Assembly (NCBI GenBank): GCA_951406725.2
Contig: OX597826.1
Location: forward strand, 9,238,001-9,302,000
Direction: 5' to 3'
Origin: Octopus vulgaris
Taxonomy: Eukaryota
DNA length: 64,000 bases
Part shown: piece after piece, positions 39,924 through 53,195 of the stretch
How positions within the stretch are numbered: the first letter of the stretch is position 1
Layout of the letters: every line of letters starts with the position of its first letter
Position numbers and translations under genes: made by a program
Notes under the pieces: model-generated
What the model saw: only the letters and a program-made list of their open reading frames with translations
Databases searched by the model: none
What the model was told of the DNA's origin: nothing

Positions 39924-41044
39924 TTATCCTCCTCAATTTTCCTTTTAAAATACCAGCAAGCTTCTAATCACATAGACACAATTGTGCACACACACACACA
40001 CACACTATCTTTTTCTCACCACCCACCTCTTTCTACTCCCACACCTTGTCTTCCTCTAACCTGCCCGCTATTCCTCCCGGTTAGACTTCTCTTTTCTCTT
40101 ACCCTTCCCTCATAAAAATTGTATCGCTTTTGAGATGAGGTGGAACTGTTATTTGGTAGGATATATGGATCATTAATTCACCGCTTTTCCACTCTACCCA
40201 AATTCCATCGGTCTGATAAAAAACCATCGGTGTCCCTTTGGTACACAAAAGAGAACTGGATGACAGTATCTATTCTAGTTAGATTCTTGTTTCTTTTAGA
40301 CCTTAAATCATGACCAGAATAACTTAAGCCCTTTTGATTTTTTTGCTACTGTTTAGCTGTCGGTCAGAACTGGTTGAACAAACCTATGGCATATAGTGAG
40401 TTAGTTAGCAAGTGGACCACCCACCCTCCCAACCACACACACACACACATGGTACATTATGATTTTGATTGAGGACTAAGGATCTTAACATGCAGTATTA
40501 TCTCTGTTTTTTTTTTTTTTAGTAACTACCTGGGCTTGTCCATTTTCTTTTTTTTCCCCTGCAGCCCATTCTGATTTTGTATGCCAATTATTGCATTCAG
40601 TCGAAGGTAAAACTTGACTAAGCTAAAAGCAATCCAATTATGAACATCTGATCTTTTTTTTTTTTTCGTTAAAACAGTAGGGTATATGATTTGAGAGAAA
40701 TTAGGCTGCTATTACTAGTAGATCAAGCGTTTTAGTTTAGCAGTGGCAAGCAAGGTGGTCTCATTTGGAACATGACGGTAGTTGTTCTACAATTACCGTG
40801 AGAGCTGTACATCTCTCAGTGTTTGGAACTGATGCTGCTATTTTAAGCATTTTTTTTGTTTTTGTTTTATCAAAGGAATTCCAGCAATAGCTCTCTGATC
40901 TAAAACACAGATCAGATAATTATAACTGGAATGCTTTTGATCATGTCTACTCGATTATGGGTCTGCATAACCAGAGTCAATACGGGGACTACACAACAAT
41001 AATAACCACCCCGCACCCACACACAAAGGTTTATAGTAAATTAC

Positions 41045-41450
41045 CTTTTCTCTTTTACTTGTTTTAGTCATTAGACTGCAGCCATGCTGGGGCACCACCT
41101 TGAGGAATTTTTAGTTGAACAAATCGATTCCAGTACTTATTGTCTGTTTTTTTTTTTGAAGTTTGGTACTTATTCTGTTATTCTCTTTTGCCAAACTGCT
41201 AAGTTACGGGGATGTTAACAAACCAGCACCAGTTGTCAAGTAGTGGTGGTGGGGATAAACACAGACACAAAGACATGCACACACACACATTTATAAATGA
41301 GGGGCTTCTTTCAGTTTCCAAATCCACTCACAAGACTTTGGCTTGAGGCTATAGTAAAAGACACTTGCCCAAGGTGCCATGCAGTGGGATTGAACCTGAA
41401 ACCATATGGTCGGGAAGCAAACTTCTTACCACACACTTATGCCTGCACCA
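41045..41450 (-). mobile_element. SINE family A
   Basis: Full-length reverse copy. Confidence 0.85.
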
Positions 41451-41599
41451 AATTATATGTAAATGCACCTTGACATTTTTTGTTTTTTTTAACAAAAAAA
41501 AAAACAAACTAAATAATTGTATTATAGACCTCAGTTTCTTGGATTCTAGGCCTTATCCTAACAATATTCTTTAATTTCTTTTTACTTTACTGCTATCAG

Positions 41600-42110
41600 A
41601 ATATGTTGGTAGCAGATGGATTTGCTGACAAGTGGAATATGTAAGAAATAAAAGAACTGACACTCCAATGTTGGGAAAGGTATAATAGCTAAGATGATAC
41701 ACATGCTCACCTGTTCTGCCAAACCTTTCAGTGATAATAGCTTCCTTTCTGCCCCCTTTCTATGTGACACTGGTCACTCATAACCTCATCCTAGTTCTCT
41801 CCAGTAGCAACTGGTGTGTTCATCTACCAACCTAGGCTCTGCTACTAATCAAACTGTTAAAATATTGGTCACTGACAGGTTTATGATTGAACCTATGGCA
41901 GTGGAGTCCTCCAGCATTCTCGAGGCCCCTGTACCATATCCCTGTCCACTGCTGTCGGGGCAGAGATGGCTGTCTGTAAGTATGAGCCCTGTGGGTAAAA
42001 GTGGTTGTTCTAGCACATCTCTTGCCATCCTCGAAGGCAATGCCTTTTCCATTTTGTCTGCTGGGACCACAAGACAGTCTGATTCATAGGAAATTGTACA
42101 TTCCACTCCT
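41600..42110 (-). pseudogene. Possible decayed LINE AP-endonuclease region
   Basis: ORF 41849-42106 has EK...LILTDSH...GYGTG..RMLE...NLSVTN, loosely resembling the RTE endonuclease GDFN-H-G...G.G..N...NT pattern. Confidence 0.35.
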
Positions 42111-42490
42111 TCATGTAAAGTTACTCCTCTTTACTCTTTTATTTGTTTCAGTCATTTGACTGTGGCTATGCTGGAGCACCACCTTGAAGTGTTTTAGTCA
42201 AACAAATAAACCTCAAGACTTATTTTTTTAAGCCTAGTATTAATTATATCGCTCTCTTTTGCCAAACCACTAAGTTATTGAGACGTAAGCACACCAACAG
42301 GCTATAGTAGAAGACACTTGCCCAAAGAACCACATTGTGGGACTAAACCTGGAACCATGTGGTTGGGAAGCAAGCTTCTTACCACACAGCCACACCTGGA
42401 CCTATATACATGTACTAGCAGAATTGCCCGGCGTTGCTCGGGGCTGAATTGCTTGAAAGTACTGTTAATGATTGCACTGAATTATGATGA

Positions 42491-43039
42491 TTATTCAGGC
42501 AAATATTGATATAAGTTTACGGTGGGAGATAAGGACTTAACGATCAAACGTGTGCCATTGCATTGTTTTGGGGGAACCAAATTTCTGATGAGCATTATAG
42601 GGGCACCAACTTTAAGTTTGAGAAAGTGTGGTGGTAGTCCGGGGTGCTCAAAGGAATTGAGTACCTCTATTGGATAGTTGATGACGTCCTCTGGGTCAGG
42701 AGTTGTATCGATAGACTGATATACATAGACTTCCCCAGGAATGAGTTTTAGCATTTCATCATTAATATGGTTAACAGTTTTATTCCTCGGGGCCAGTATA
42801 GCCTTTTTGCCAATCCAATCCATATTCTGATAATTAGCTTGTAGATCTGGGAACACTGCATCTCTGAGATCAGAAGGCGTCTTAACAATGGTACAAATGG
42901 AATCGATGGCAATATTACCATTTTCATCCCCTGGTATTTTGCCTTCGCCAAGTGCAAGGAGGGTGTGAGGAAATGCTGCTGATGTGATATTACGTCACAT
43001 ATGAGCACGCATATTGGTGTGAAGTTTGAGAGTTACTTC
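42491..43039 (-). pseudogene. Helitron RepHel Pif1-like helicase fragment with an in-frame stop
   Basis: LKLHTNMRAHM*...LLALGEG...VFPDL...AILAPRN...EVLNS..PGLPPH.LKLKVGAPIMLIRNL...CNGTRL. Confidence 0.93.
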
Positions 43040-43264
43040 CCTTTATTAAAAAAAATATGCATTAAAATGGAAAAAAATGATGGTAAATTATTTGTAAAAT
43101 CGTAGACTCATCGTAGACGTGCGCTAATACCCAGAAGGGCTCGATATGAATCACGACTATAAGATACCCGGTTTTGGTTAAACTGCATCGCAAAATGTGG
43201 GAGTAGTTAGGAATCTAAATCGGAGTAGACAGACACACAACCTTTCTTTTATATATAAATATTT

Positions 43265-43611
43265 TCGTCCTAAAAAACTTTGTATGGATTGAATGGTTAC
43301 CTCTATGGAAATATATACACGCACATTATACATACATGTGTGTATAGATGAATATATAAATACATTTAAATATCTATATATACTTTTGGGCGATCTTTCT
43401 GCTACTTGTATATACTTTAGATCTTATATTCTTCCTAAAAAACTTTGTATGGAGTGAAAGGTTACCTCTATGGAAATATATACACACACATTATACATAC
43501 ATCTGTGTATAGATGAATATATAAATACATTTAAATATCTATATACACTTTTGGGCGATCTTTCTGCTACTTAGATATACTTTAGGTCTTATATTCGTCC
43601 TAAAAAACTTT
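43265..43611. repeat. 165-bp tandem repeat (2 units plus 17 bp) inside the Helitron
   Basis: TCKTCCTAAAAAACTTT recurs at 43265, 43430 and 43595. Confidence 0.95.
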
Positions 43612-43653
43612 CCTGTCACACACTCACACACACGCACACACAAACACACGCAC

Positions 43654-43718
<65 letters not shown>

Positions 43719-45041
43719 AGCTTACAATTTTATTTATATATTTGCGTGTCTATGTGTGTAAATAGGAAGTGGGAATGCAGAGTGAAAGAGTCACTCACTA
43801 CAAAAAGTGAATTATTTTCACTTTAATCATTGCACACTTGCAAAGAGAAAGGAGGAGAAATTAGGGTGATAGCGTCAGTGAAACAGTTCGCTCCGTTTGT
43901 GTGTGTGTGTGCGTGTGCTGTAGCCCACACTAAGAAAAGCATTTGACTTATACACCACAATGTGAGTTTTCTCTAAATTTTGCTTAATTGGGGTTGAAAT
44001 TTTAAAAACTGGACCTGGCACGACCCGATGCATTCTACTCTTAAAAATGCTAGGTAAATTGTAATTAAAGAAATCCTATATTGTAGATTTCTATAAGAGA
44101 CAAAGGGAGGCAGATAAAATCTGCCTTTTATAATAAGAGATTTCTCAATAACAACATACATATCTCTCTGCAGATCTGGATGCTAGTCAGTATGGACGTG
44201 ACCCTAAAGGTGCCAAGCTGCAACCCCCACCCTACGTACTTTGTCTTGCTCAATGCATCTTCTTGTTACCACTTTGATTTCTGTGCTGCCTACCATTATT
44301 ATAATACTACTAATAATAATTGTTTCTAAATAATAATAGAAGCAATGATTTCAAGTTTTGGCACAAGGCCAGCCATTTTTTGAGGTGGGGCTAAATTGAT
44401 TACATTGACCCCAGCGTTCAACTGGTTCTTATTTTACCGTTCCTGAAAGGATGAAAGGCAAAAATCACCTCAGCAGAGTAATAATTATTATTTCTAATAA
44501 TAATTAGGGCCAGCACTTTTGAGGGCTGGGGGTAGCCATTTGTATCATCCCTGTCCTTGCCTGGCATATTATTTTATCAATCTCAGAAGGATTGACAATA
44601 ATAAAATTTAAAAGAATTAACTAAGATGAATGTACTATAAAGGCACGTTCAGGATATAATGAGTATAGATGTTGATTCTAGCTATAATTCCTGATTAAAT
44701 GAGCTCATGCAGTCACAGTTATGAACATGTATACATGAGAGGGTGAGATAATTGATAAAGGATCTAAGCTTGTGGAGGTAGGGAACATTGCGTGAATATA
44801 TATTGTGTAGTACATCAATAAACTACCAGGTAGAGATGTCGCTGCTGCTTTTGATGATGATGATAATGATTTCACGTTTGCAATTACTTAGATCTTTATA
44901 GGGTTGCTTGACCAACTACAAGCAGCATCTAAATTTCTTTCGACTCATACTTGGACACAATAATTCCAGACCTTTTAATATTTGGAGTGTGCTTTCAAGT
45001 AGATAAAAACCACTTTGATGCACTTGGTACATAGTCTAAAG

Positions 45042-45351
45042 GAGGGATTCTCAACTAGGGTCTATATAAGATTTTTTGGTATCCACGGATGCAATATAGT
45101 AAATCGGGGGTCCACAGTAATTTTTCAGGGGCCATGAAAAAAACTGCTTCAGAACAGTAAAATTTATGAACAATGAATTGTTTATATGTCCACAGTAAAG
45201 AAAATATTTTAACAATTTTTATACAGATCTTAATAACATCTAATTATTAAAATACTACAGGATTTTTTAACCATTGAATGGCAATAGGGGTCCACTCATG
45301 TAAAATAGGAATGAAAGGAGTCCATAGGTAAAAAATGGTTGAGAATCCCTG
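45042..45351. mobile_element. hAT-type MITE, same family as 10423
   Basis: Termini GAGGGATTCTCAAC and GTTGAGAATCCCTG. TSD GTCTAAAG/GACTAAAG (7 of 8). Confidence 0.85.
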
Positions 45352-45761
45352 GACTAAAGAAATGTATTTAAAAAAGGTTGTGTATTGGTGCAGCCATGGC
45401 TCTGTGGTTAAGGAGTTCACTATTATAGCCTCAGAATGATCAAAACCTTGTGAGTGAGTCTGGAAGATGAAACTATACGTATGAGTTTGTCTACTGCCAC
45501 CACTTGATAGCTGGTGTTGGTTTGTTTACATCCCTGTAATTTTGCAGCTCAGCATAAGTGAACAATGGAGTAAGTATCAAACTTCAAAACATAAGTACTG
45601 GGGTTGATTTGTTTGACTAAACCTGTCAGACAGTGGCCCAGCATGGCTGGAGTCCAGTGATTGAAACAAGTAAAAGATAAATGTTTTAGTCTACAAATAT
45701 AATGTAAACCACAAAATATTATTAAGTCCTTTTTCAATTAACAATGCATATTTATCATGAC

Positions 45762-46392
45762 TTATCTTTTACATGCCTCAGTTAATAGACTGTGGCCATG
45801 CTGGGGCACCATCTTGGTGAATTTGATTTAGTTGAATGTTTTGACCCCAGTACTTACATTTTTTAAAGCTTGGTACTTATTCTGTTGGTCTATTTTGCCA
45901 AACTGCTAAGTTACAGGAATGTAAACAAACTAACACCGGTTGTCAAGCAGTGGTGGAGACAAACACACACACACACACACACGAGGGGTGAGGCTGAAAA
46001 GTTCCTGGCTTTGGGTAAAAGAAAATACAGGAGGATCAGTTAATTATGATTTTATTCAGCATATTCCCATCTCAGATTCACACGCTTATTTCAGCAGTCC
46101 TTCAGTTTGTCTAAGCCTCGTAAAAGAACTTGGAAGATTGGGCCTCCGAGCAGACCTTTCGTGACACCCTTAAAATCAGGAACTTTTCAGCACCCCTTCA
46201 TGTATACATCTGTGTGTGTGTGTGTGTGTGTATACATATATGTAACAGCATTTTTCAGTTTCTGTGTACCAAATACATTCACAAGACTTTGGTCAGCCCA
46301 AGGCTATATTAGTAGAAGACACTTGCCGAAGGTGCCATTGCAGAACCATGTAGTTGGGAAGCAAGCTTTTACCACACAGCCATGCCTACACC
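45762..46392 (-). mobile_element. SINE family A interrupted by a mariner-type MITE
   Basis: The SINE halves flank the insert, which lies within the (CA)n tract. Confidence 0.8.
45982..46202. mobile_element. Tc1/mariner-type MITE
   Basis: TIR core GCTGAAAAGTTCCTG / CAGGAACTTTTCAGC, starts CGAGGGG, TA at the right end. Confidence 0.85.
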
Positions 46393-46569
46393 TATTTTTA
46401 GAATTTCAGTTTGCATCCGTTTTCTTGATTAAATACAGTTTTGGTATTTCTGCAGCATTCATAATTAACATCATGTGTTATACCTGTGTGCATAGGCATA
46501 ACATATGATGTATGGGGATCACTCGTTTTAATGTTTTAGAAAAGGTAGGCTATATTGGATCATAGAGAC

Positions 46570-46908
46570 CAGTGGTTCTCAACCACTTTTTTTTATCTAT
46601 AGACCCCTTTGTTTACTATTTTATTCTGATGGACATCCCCCCCCACCCACCACCATAGCCATTTGATGTTTAAAAACTAATTTTTTTTGGTACTTTTTTC
46701 AAAATTCCTATTCTGTTATTCACACAATAACTTATGTAAATTGAATCATGTAAAATGTTAGAGAATGAAACCTAAATGTTTCTTGCAATGCATTCATTTA
46801 AGCCAAAACTTTTCATGGACCTTAAAATACTACTGTGAATCCCCAACTTACTATTTTGCTAGCATGGGCCCCTAAAAATCTTATATTGACCCCAATTGAG
46901 AACCACTG
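46570..46908. mobile_element. hAT-type MITE, opposite orientation to 10423
   Basis: Perfect TIR CAGTGGTTCTCAA / TTGAGAACCACTG. TSD ATAGAGAC/ATATAGAC (7 of 8). Confidence 0.9.
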
Positions 46909-46956
46909 ATATAGACTAAGGCAAAAAAAGAAAGATTACCAGTAATATATTTCATA

Positions 46957-47363
46957 AGTGTAGGAATGGCTGTGTGGTAAGTAGCTTGCTTACCAACCCC
47001 ATGGTTCCAAGTTCAGTCCCACTGCATGGCACCTTGGGCAAGTGTCTTCTACTATAGCCTTGGGCTGACCAAAGCCTTGTGAGTGGATTTGGTAGACGGA
47101 AACTAAAAGAAGCCTGTTGCATATATGTATGTGTATATATATGTATGTGTGTGTGCATATGCTTGTATGTCTGTGTTTGTCCCCCCAACATCGCTTCACA
47201 ACCGATGCTGGTGTGTTTACATCCCCATAACTTACCAGTTCAGCAAAAGAGATCAATAGAATAAGTACTAGGCTTACAAAGAATAAGTCCTGAGGTCGAT
47301 TTGCTCGACTAAAGGTGGTGCTCCAGCATGGCCACGGTCAAATGACTGAAACAAGTAAAAGAG
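46957..47363 (+). mobile_element. SINE family A, full length
   Basis: Consensus-like. AATATATTT on both flanks is a probable TSD. Confidence 0.92.
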
Positions 47364-48269
47364 AATATATTTGAAGCATATTTCTGCAATCACTTAGATC
47401 TTTTGAAGGGATGGCTATGTTTGGAATGCTGTTGTTCATAGGTCAGACCTGGGGCTAAACAACAATTTGAGTCTTCAGCTTAAGTATTTCTAAAAATATC
47501 ACCTTGTATCCTTTTCGTAAAATATGTAGTCAGGTGTGTGCAAATCGTGTGGTAAGATTTAATAAGTGAAACCTGTTATTCAAGTTCAGTTCCTGAATGA
47601 GCCATTTCACTTCATTTCAACCTTCAGACTACAGCAGTTTTACAACTATAGGGAGCAGTCAAGAGAGAGAGAGAGAGAGAGAGAGAGTTTGATTCTAACC
47701 ATGAGGTTGACTGGTCTTTGTTTCACTACATTAGCACAAATTTTTTAATTGCTATCCCTATCTCCCATTGGGTTTGATATCAGACTCAGTATCATTTCCA
47801 CAACTGGTTAGTGTATCACACTACTAGCTCAAGTAAAATGAGTTTAAATTCACTACAGGGGTATCATTATATTTTATTATAATTGTATTCACCATCTAAG
47901 ATACTTTATAGGTATATTAAATTGGTACTTTACTTTATCTATCCTGGAACAATGAAAGGTAATGTTGGCCTCGGTAAAGAATTGAACATGGAATGTAAAG
48001 GAGTTTAAACATGAAATATAAAATGTTTTGGTAAAATACTGCATATATTTTGTCTGCTTCTTTTTAATGATCCTACCAATCTGTTACCTATGTCTCTCTT
48101 TACACAATGCTTTATTCGACATGCTTTCATTCACCTCTGTCTCTGTTGTTGATAGCACTGTGTAACACAAGTTTTGTCCTTGGGTAGTTACTAATTTCCT
48201 ATTTGATTACCCCTAAAAAGTGTGAAAACTGGCTATTCCCTTAAAACTTTGCTTTTGTTACATTTGAGC

Positions 48270-48488
48270 GTAGCTGATGCCAATGCCGTCTGACAGGCTC
48301 CCGTGCTGGTGGCATGTAAAAGCATCCACTTACACTCTTGGAGTGGTTGGCATTAGGAAGGGCATCCAACTGTAGAAACCTAGCCAAATCAGATTTGAGC
48401 TCAGTACAGCCTCCCGGCTTGCCAGTTCTCAGTTAAACCATCCAACCCATGCCAGCATGGAAAACAGATGTTAAATGATGATGATGAT
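48270..48488 (+). mobile_element. Family B retroposon with (GAT)n tail
   Basis: Matches 2113-2273. Confidence 0.85.
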
Positions 48489-48671
48489 TAAAATGACAAA
48501 GAAACCCTCTCAGCACATGACTATGATGCTCTCCACTACTCCTGCTCATGATCAGAGATGCACATATTGTCAGCCACTAAGAGACATGTTCAAGTGGTTA
48601 AGATCAAGCAACTGATAAGCAAATCTGTGATATTGAGCAGAATATTTGCTATAATGATATTTCTGCTTCAG

Positions 48672-48712
48672 CAACTCAATGCTGAATCTGTCTTAAATGT
48701 AATGGAAAATAG
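48672..48712 (+). CDS. Candidate 41-nt exon QLNAESVLNVMEN(R/S)
   Basis: tttctgcttcag acceptor, consensus AG|gtaagt donor, open in phase 0. Confidence 0.35.
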
Positions 48713-49661
48713 GTAAGTTTCAAAACATTGACGTTCAGTTGACGAAAGCAAAGTTTGAAGGGAATAGTAGTCATTTCCTTTGATTTCTAGACGGAAGCAA
48801 ATACAAAATAACACTTACTGATCAAAGACAAAAACAAAATTGTTACAAAGTATTGTGTATCTGGCACCAGAATGTCTGGGAAAGATAATAGTGTTAGACT
48901 GACATACCATCCCAGAATAAAAATCCTCTCATCTTAATGTTACAGAAACAGGAATAAAGTAGTGGACTTAAAATACCCTTTTAAGGCATAAGAGATAATT
49001 CTCTCTGTCTCTATGACTGTCTGTATCTCTCTGTCTCTTTTTCTTTTCCTTTATACATTGACTTGACTTAGTTTATGATGATTAAAAGCAAATGTTAATT
49101 ATTTCTATTTAATCATTTACAATTCAGAATGAAGAGTTTTTTTTTTTTACCTCTTTTAAATGATCTAAGTTTAAACAAAAATTTTAATTAGCATTGTGCA
49201 ATTATTGACAGTATTAATAAAGCCACAACAATGAATGTCACTTAATTTTAGTACATTTTAGAAAAAAGTAGTTTAATTTTCATATTCAATATTTCGCTTT
49301 AAATAATACAAACTCTTAATAATCATTTGATTAGGTCATTTAAAGATCTTTTGTCATGAGTAAACAAAAGCTTATCAGAAATGCAATGGAGACATTGTCC
49401 AGCTGTATAACAAAAATTGAATGACATTTTAAGCCACAGCTGCTAAAGTTGCTTCCTCAGTAACCGAGCCCACCATGCTGTGAACATTTGCAATGAAGCT
49501 GGTGGCTGTTCTGATCGTTGTTGACCAAGGGCAGCTGTGTAGTACTGCTGAAAGGATGGACTCACTGCTGGCCTATGAAGAACAGGGAAATAACCACTGT
49601 TGACATTTTGAATGCTATTCAACAGAAATACCATGTACACTACCATTAAAAATTGGTTTCT

Positions 49662-49851
49662 CTCTTTTGCATTTAAACCAGACATATTTGATCCAGATAT
49701 TCTACCTGTTTTATATTCAAACTGGCCAGATCTAGCCTCTCACAACTATCCTACTATGCCATGTGAAGAAACATACAATCACATCATCAACAGCTCAGAA
49801 TGTGAATAAGTAAGCATTTACATTTGAGAGTGTGATCTGAGTGCTAAAGGG
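49662..49851. mobile_element. piggyBac-like MITE with decayed left end
   Basis: Right end TGCTAAAGGG|TTAA. Left end CTCTTTTGCATTTAAA is an imperfect inverse. Confidence 0.6.
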
Positions 49852-50089
49852 TTAAGCAGTTTGGGCTTGTGGAACATGTACAGAAAAAATAAAAAATAAA
49901 AAGGGGCTCAGTGCATCAAGCATAACCAGCCAATTCTCTGAGGAATTCAAAGTTGGAATGAAATACTACAGGGAGATGTTCTAGTGCAGCTATTGTTTGT
50001 TGTTCTAGTAAACTACTTCAGAAAGGAAATAATTAGAGATGGAAGAGAAGGAATTAAATGGACCTATAGAAAGTGTTTTAATAGATTTA

Positions 50090-50505
50090 GGCATGGCTGT
50101 GTGGTAAGACGTTTGCTTCCCAACCTCAAGGTTTCAGGTTCAGTTCCATTGTGTGACACTTTGGATGTCTTCTACTATACTACTATACACCTAGGTTGAC
50201 TAAAGTCTTGTGAAAGAATTTGGAAGATGGAAACTGAAAGAAGCCTGTTGTATGCACATGGGCATGCGCCTGTGTGTGTGTCTTTGTGTTTGTCCCCCAT
50301 CACTGCATGAAAACTGGTGTTGGTTTGTTTACATCCCCATAACTTAATGGTTCAGCAATAAAAGACTGATAAAGTTATTCCCAGACTTTTAAAAAAAAAT
50401 TCTTAAAAACTTATGTACTGTGTTTGATTTGTTTGACAAAACCCTTCAAAGCGGTGTCCCAGCTTGGCTGCATTCCAGTGACTGAAACAAGTAAGAGATA
50501 AAAGA
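50090..50505 (+). mobile_element. SINE family A (older copy)
   Basis: Head and tail present. Confidence 0.8.
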
Positions 50506-51330
50506 TATGCTGATGGTATTGTTTTGCTTCGTAATGAAATCAACTATATGAAGAATGACATACAAGCGTGATGAAGTAGGCTTAAGATCTATACACCAAT
50601 AAAACTGAAATTATAAAGACAGAGTAAGCAGATGAAAGAAGTGTATCATTGAACGAGTATGTACTGGAAGTTTAGATATCATGAAAGTGATGGATCTTTA
50701 GAAAGTTAATATAATGAAAAATTTAAGAAGACAAATCTAGTCATAGAAATTCTTTGAGATGTGTGGAAATCGCAAAGATTAGAAATTCATATGAAAATTA
50801 AAATGTATACATCACAAGTGAGAAGTGTTTTTAGTGTGTGGGAGAGCCACGGCATAACAATCAAGCTATAGCTAATCATCTTAAAGTCTTTGAAATTAAA
50901 GCGTTATGAAGAATCTTGGAGATCAAATGCCAGAGTTTTTGTGAGAAATGAGATGGTTTGAGACATAATAAAAGTACCATATATAGATGAAGAAATAATG
51001 AAGATGGTAATGGTTGGGCCATGTGTTTCGGTCTCAGGTAGTTAAAATGAGATAGTTCAAGATACCTAATTCTTTACTACCCACAAGGGGCTAAACACAG
51101 AGAGGACAAACAAGGACAGACATAGGTATTAAGTCGATTATATCAACCCCAGTGCGTAACTGGTACTTAATTTATTGACCCCGAAAGGATGAAAGGCGAA
51201 GTTGACCTTGGTAGTTCAAGATAGTTCAAGATACCAAGAAAGGAAGACCTAGGCCCACTGGGGACGAGAAAAATGCAGAGAGAAAGAAGAGATCGTGAAG
51301 GAGCATAGGCTGAAACAGAAGTAGAGAGAA
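50503..51330 (+). pseudogene. RTE-clade LINE reverse-transcriptase C-terminal remnant
   Basis: YADG (decayed YADD), GLKI, KIKMYTSQVRSV, LKVFEIKAL*RILEIK, RW*WLGHVFR, RKGRPRPT. Confidence 0.75.
51067..51211 (-). mobile_element. 5'-truncated family C-related SINE inserted into the RTE remnant
   Basis: 17-bp direct repeat AGATAGTTCAAGATACC at 51050-51066 and 51219-51235. Confidence 0.85.
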
Positions 51331-51712
51331 AAAATGAGGTCGGTGAGAATATGTGACCCTTTACATCAAATAGCATTAGAGGCAGTAACAGTAATAGGCA
51401 TTTACCAGTATAGTCGCATCTTCGAGCATACTCATAGATATGTATGTGTGTGTGTATGCATATTCTCAGAGCAGATTCATCATAGAAGTCTAATTAGCTG
51501 CAGTATTTATCCTGAGATAATATCACTTATAGACATATAGTGCTAGATAACACAAAAATATAACAGCAGCAGCTGAAAATTGTCCAACAGAATTCATGAC
51601 ATGGATACTGTTAATTAGGAATTCTACAATGTATCTCTGCTTTACGTATTATACACTGCTTGCCACTTAAACTAATACTGTTTCTGGTGCACATAACAAA
51701 TATATTTATATA

Positions 51713-51838
51713 TCTTTCTGTAGAAGAACGTAGGCTCGAAATGTAAAAGACTTTTTCTATTTCTGAGCGTTATACTAATATATCTGCTTGTTTTGTACAC
51801 CACCAGTCTTCATCTTGTTTTTTTCGTGAACTCTCCCT
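51713..51838 (+). mobile_element. Short repeat starting with a minimal hammerhead-like motif (Penelope pLTR-like)
   Basis: TCTTT-CTGTAGA-A-GAAC-gtag-GCTC-GAAA-T-GTA-AAAGA at 51713-51750. Confidence 0.5.
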
Positions 51839-51851
51839 ATATAGATAGATA

Positions 51852-52255
51852 GGCATAGGAGTGGCTGTGTGGTAAGTTGCTTGCTTACCAACCACATGGT
51901 TCCGGGTTCAGTCTCACTGCGTAGTACCTTGGGCAAGTGTCTTCTACTATAGCTTCGGGCTGACCAAAGCCTTGTGAGTGAATTTGGTACACGGAGACTG
52001 AAAGAAGTCCGTTGTATATATGTATATATATATATGTATGTGTGTGTATATGTTTGTGTGTCTGTGTTTGTGCCCCCAACATCACTTGACAACCCATGCT
52101 GGTGTGTTTACGTCCCCTGGAACTTAGCGGTTCAGCAAAAGAGACTGATAGAATAAGTACTAGGCTTACAAAGAATAAGTCCTGGGGTCGATTTTCTTGA
52201 CTAAAGGCAGTGCTCCAGCATGGCCACAGTCAGATGACTGAAACAAGTAAAAGAG
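51852..52255 (+). mobile_element. SINE family A, full length
   Basis: Consensus-like head, body and tail. Confidence 0.92.
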
Positions 52256-52884
52256 TATAGGGGTTACCAAAGTTTTCACATCCATAAAGCACTTAGCCTT
52301 ACAGTGTCTCTTCAGATGCTAATGGCCTGGCTATTTGGGTCTAATAACTATCTGATTACTTTACTGCTCTATAACTTAGTGTATGCTTCTCTTTCAGATT
52401 TATGATTTACTGATGATCCATGTATATATATATATATAATTTAATGTGCGCTCTGTATGCAGGCATGAATTAGTTCATCACAGTCTAATGAATCTGAGGC
52501 CTACATCATGCACCAGTGTTCAGTTTAGCATGGTTTCTAGGGCTGGGTGCTTATTGTAGTGTCAACCATTTTACAGAGTGCAGTGGGTACCTTTTTTTTT
52601 TATAGCATGAACACTTGTGAGATCACTTTGCAAATTGCTAGACTAATGGCCTAAAGTGGGCCTTGTAACTGAAGAACACTAGACGAGGGAGATAGTGCTA
52701 TGGTTCCAGGCAGGTCGATGAAGGAAGGTAAACTAAGATGAGAGATTTAGTGTTTTGAGATGGACATGGCAGGGAACTGGGGAAAGAGAAAGGATTAGTG
52801 TCAGGGGTCATTGAGAAAGGGAGGGACAGAGTGAAAAGGTGATGTGGTGGTGGAGGGAGAAGTCCAGCGTTATCCTACATTATT

Positions 52885-53195
52885 GTGAGGGTTAGAGTAT
52901 TCAGCTTACAATCATCAGGTTGTGAGATCTATTCCTGGCAGTGTGTTGTGTCCTTGAGCAAGACACTTTATTTCACATTGCTCCAGTCCACTCAGCTGGC
53001 AAAAGGAGCTGTACCTGTATTTCGAAGGGCTAGCCTTGTCACATTTTGTGTCACACTGAATTTCCCTGAGAGATATGTGAAGGATACACATATTTGTGGA
53101 GTACTCGGCCACTTGCACATTAATTTCATGAGCAGGCTGTTCTGCTGATCAGATCAATTGGAACCTTCATTATTGTAAACTGATGGAGTACCAGT
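52885..53195 (+). mobile_element. tRNA-derived SINE with CORE-like head and family D tail
   Basis: Homologous to 26048-26351. Confidence 0.75.

Larger units (their letters stand above)
42415..44140 (-). mobile_element. Non-autonomous composite Helitron
   Basis: Minus strand has 5' A|TCTCTTATTATAAAAG at 44140 and 3' hairpin CCCGAGCAACGCCGGG (42427-42442) followed by CTAG|T at 42415. No TSD, A|T target. Confidence 0.9.

Noticed and set aside
40565-40606. 42-nt exon-like segment with a strong acceptor and AAG|gtaaaa donor
   Set aside because: The donor lies in the decayed start of a dispersed repeat (GTTTAGCCCCAGGTCA family) and the peptide is unrecognised. Exonisation cannot be excluded.
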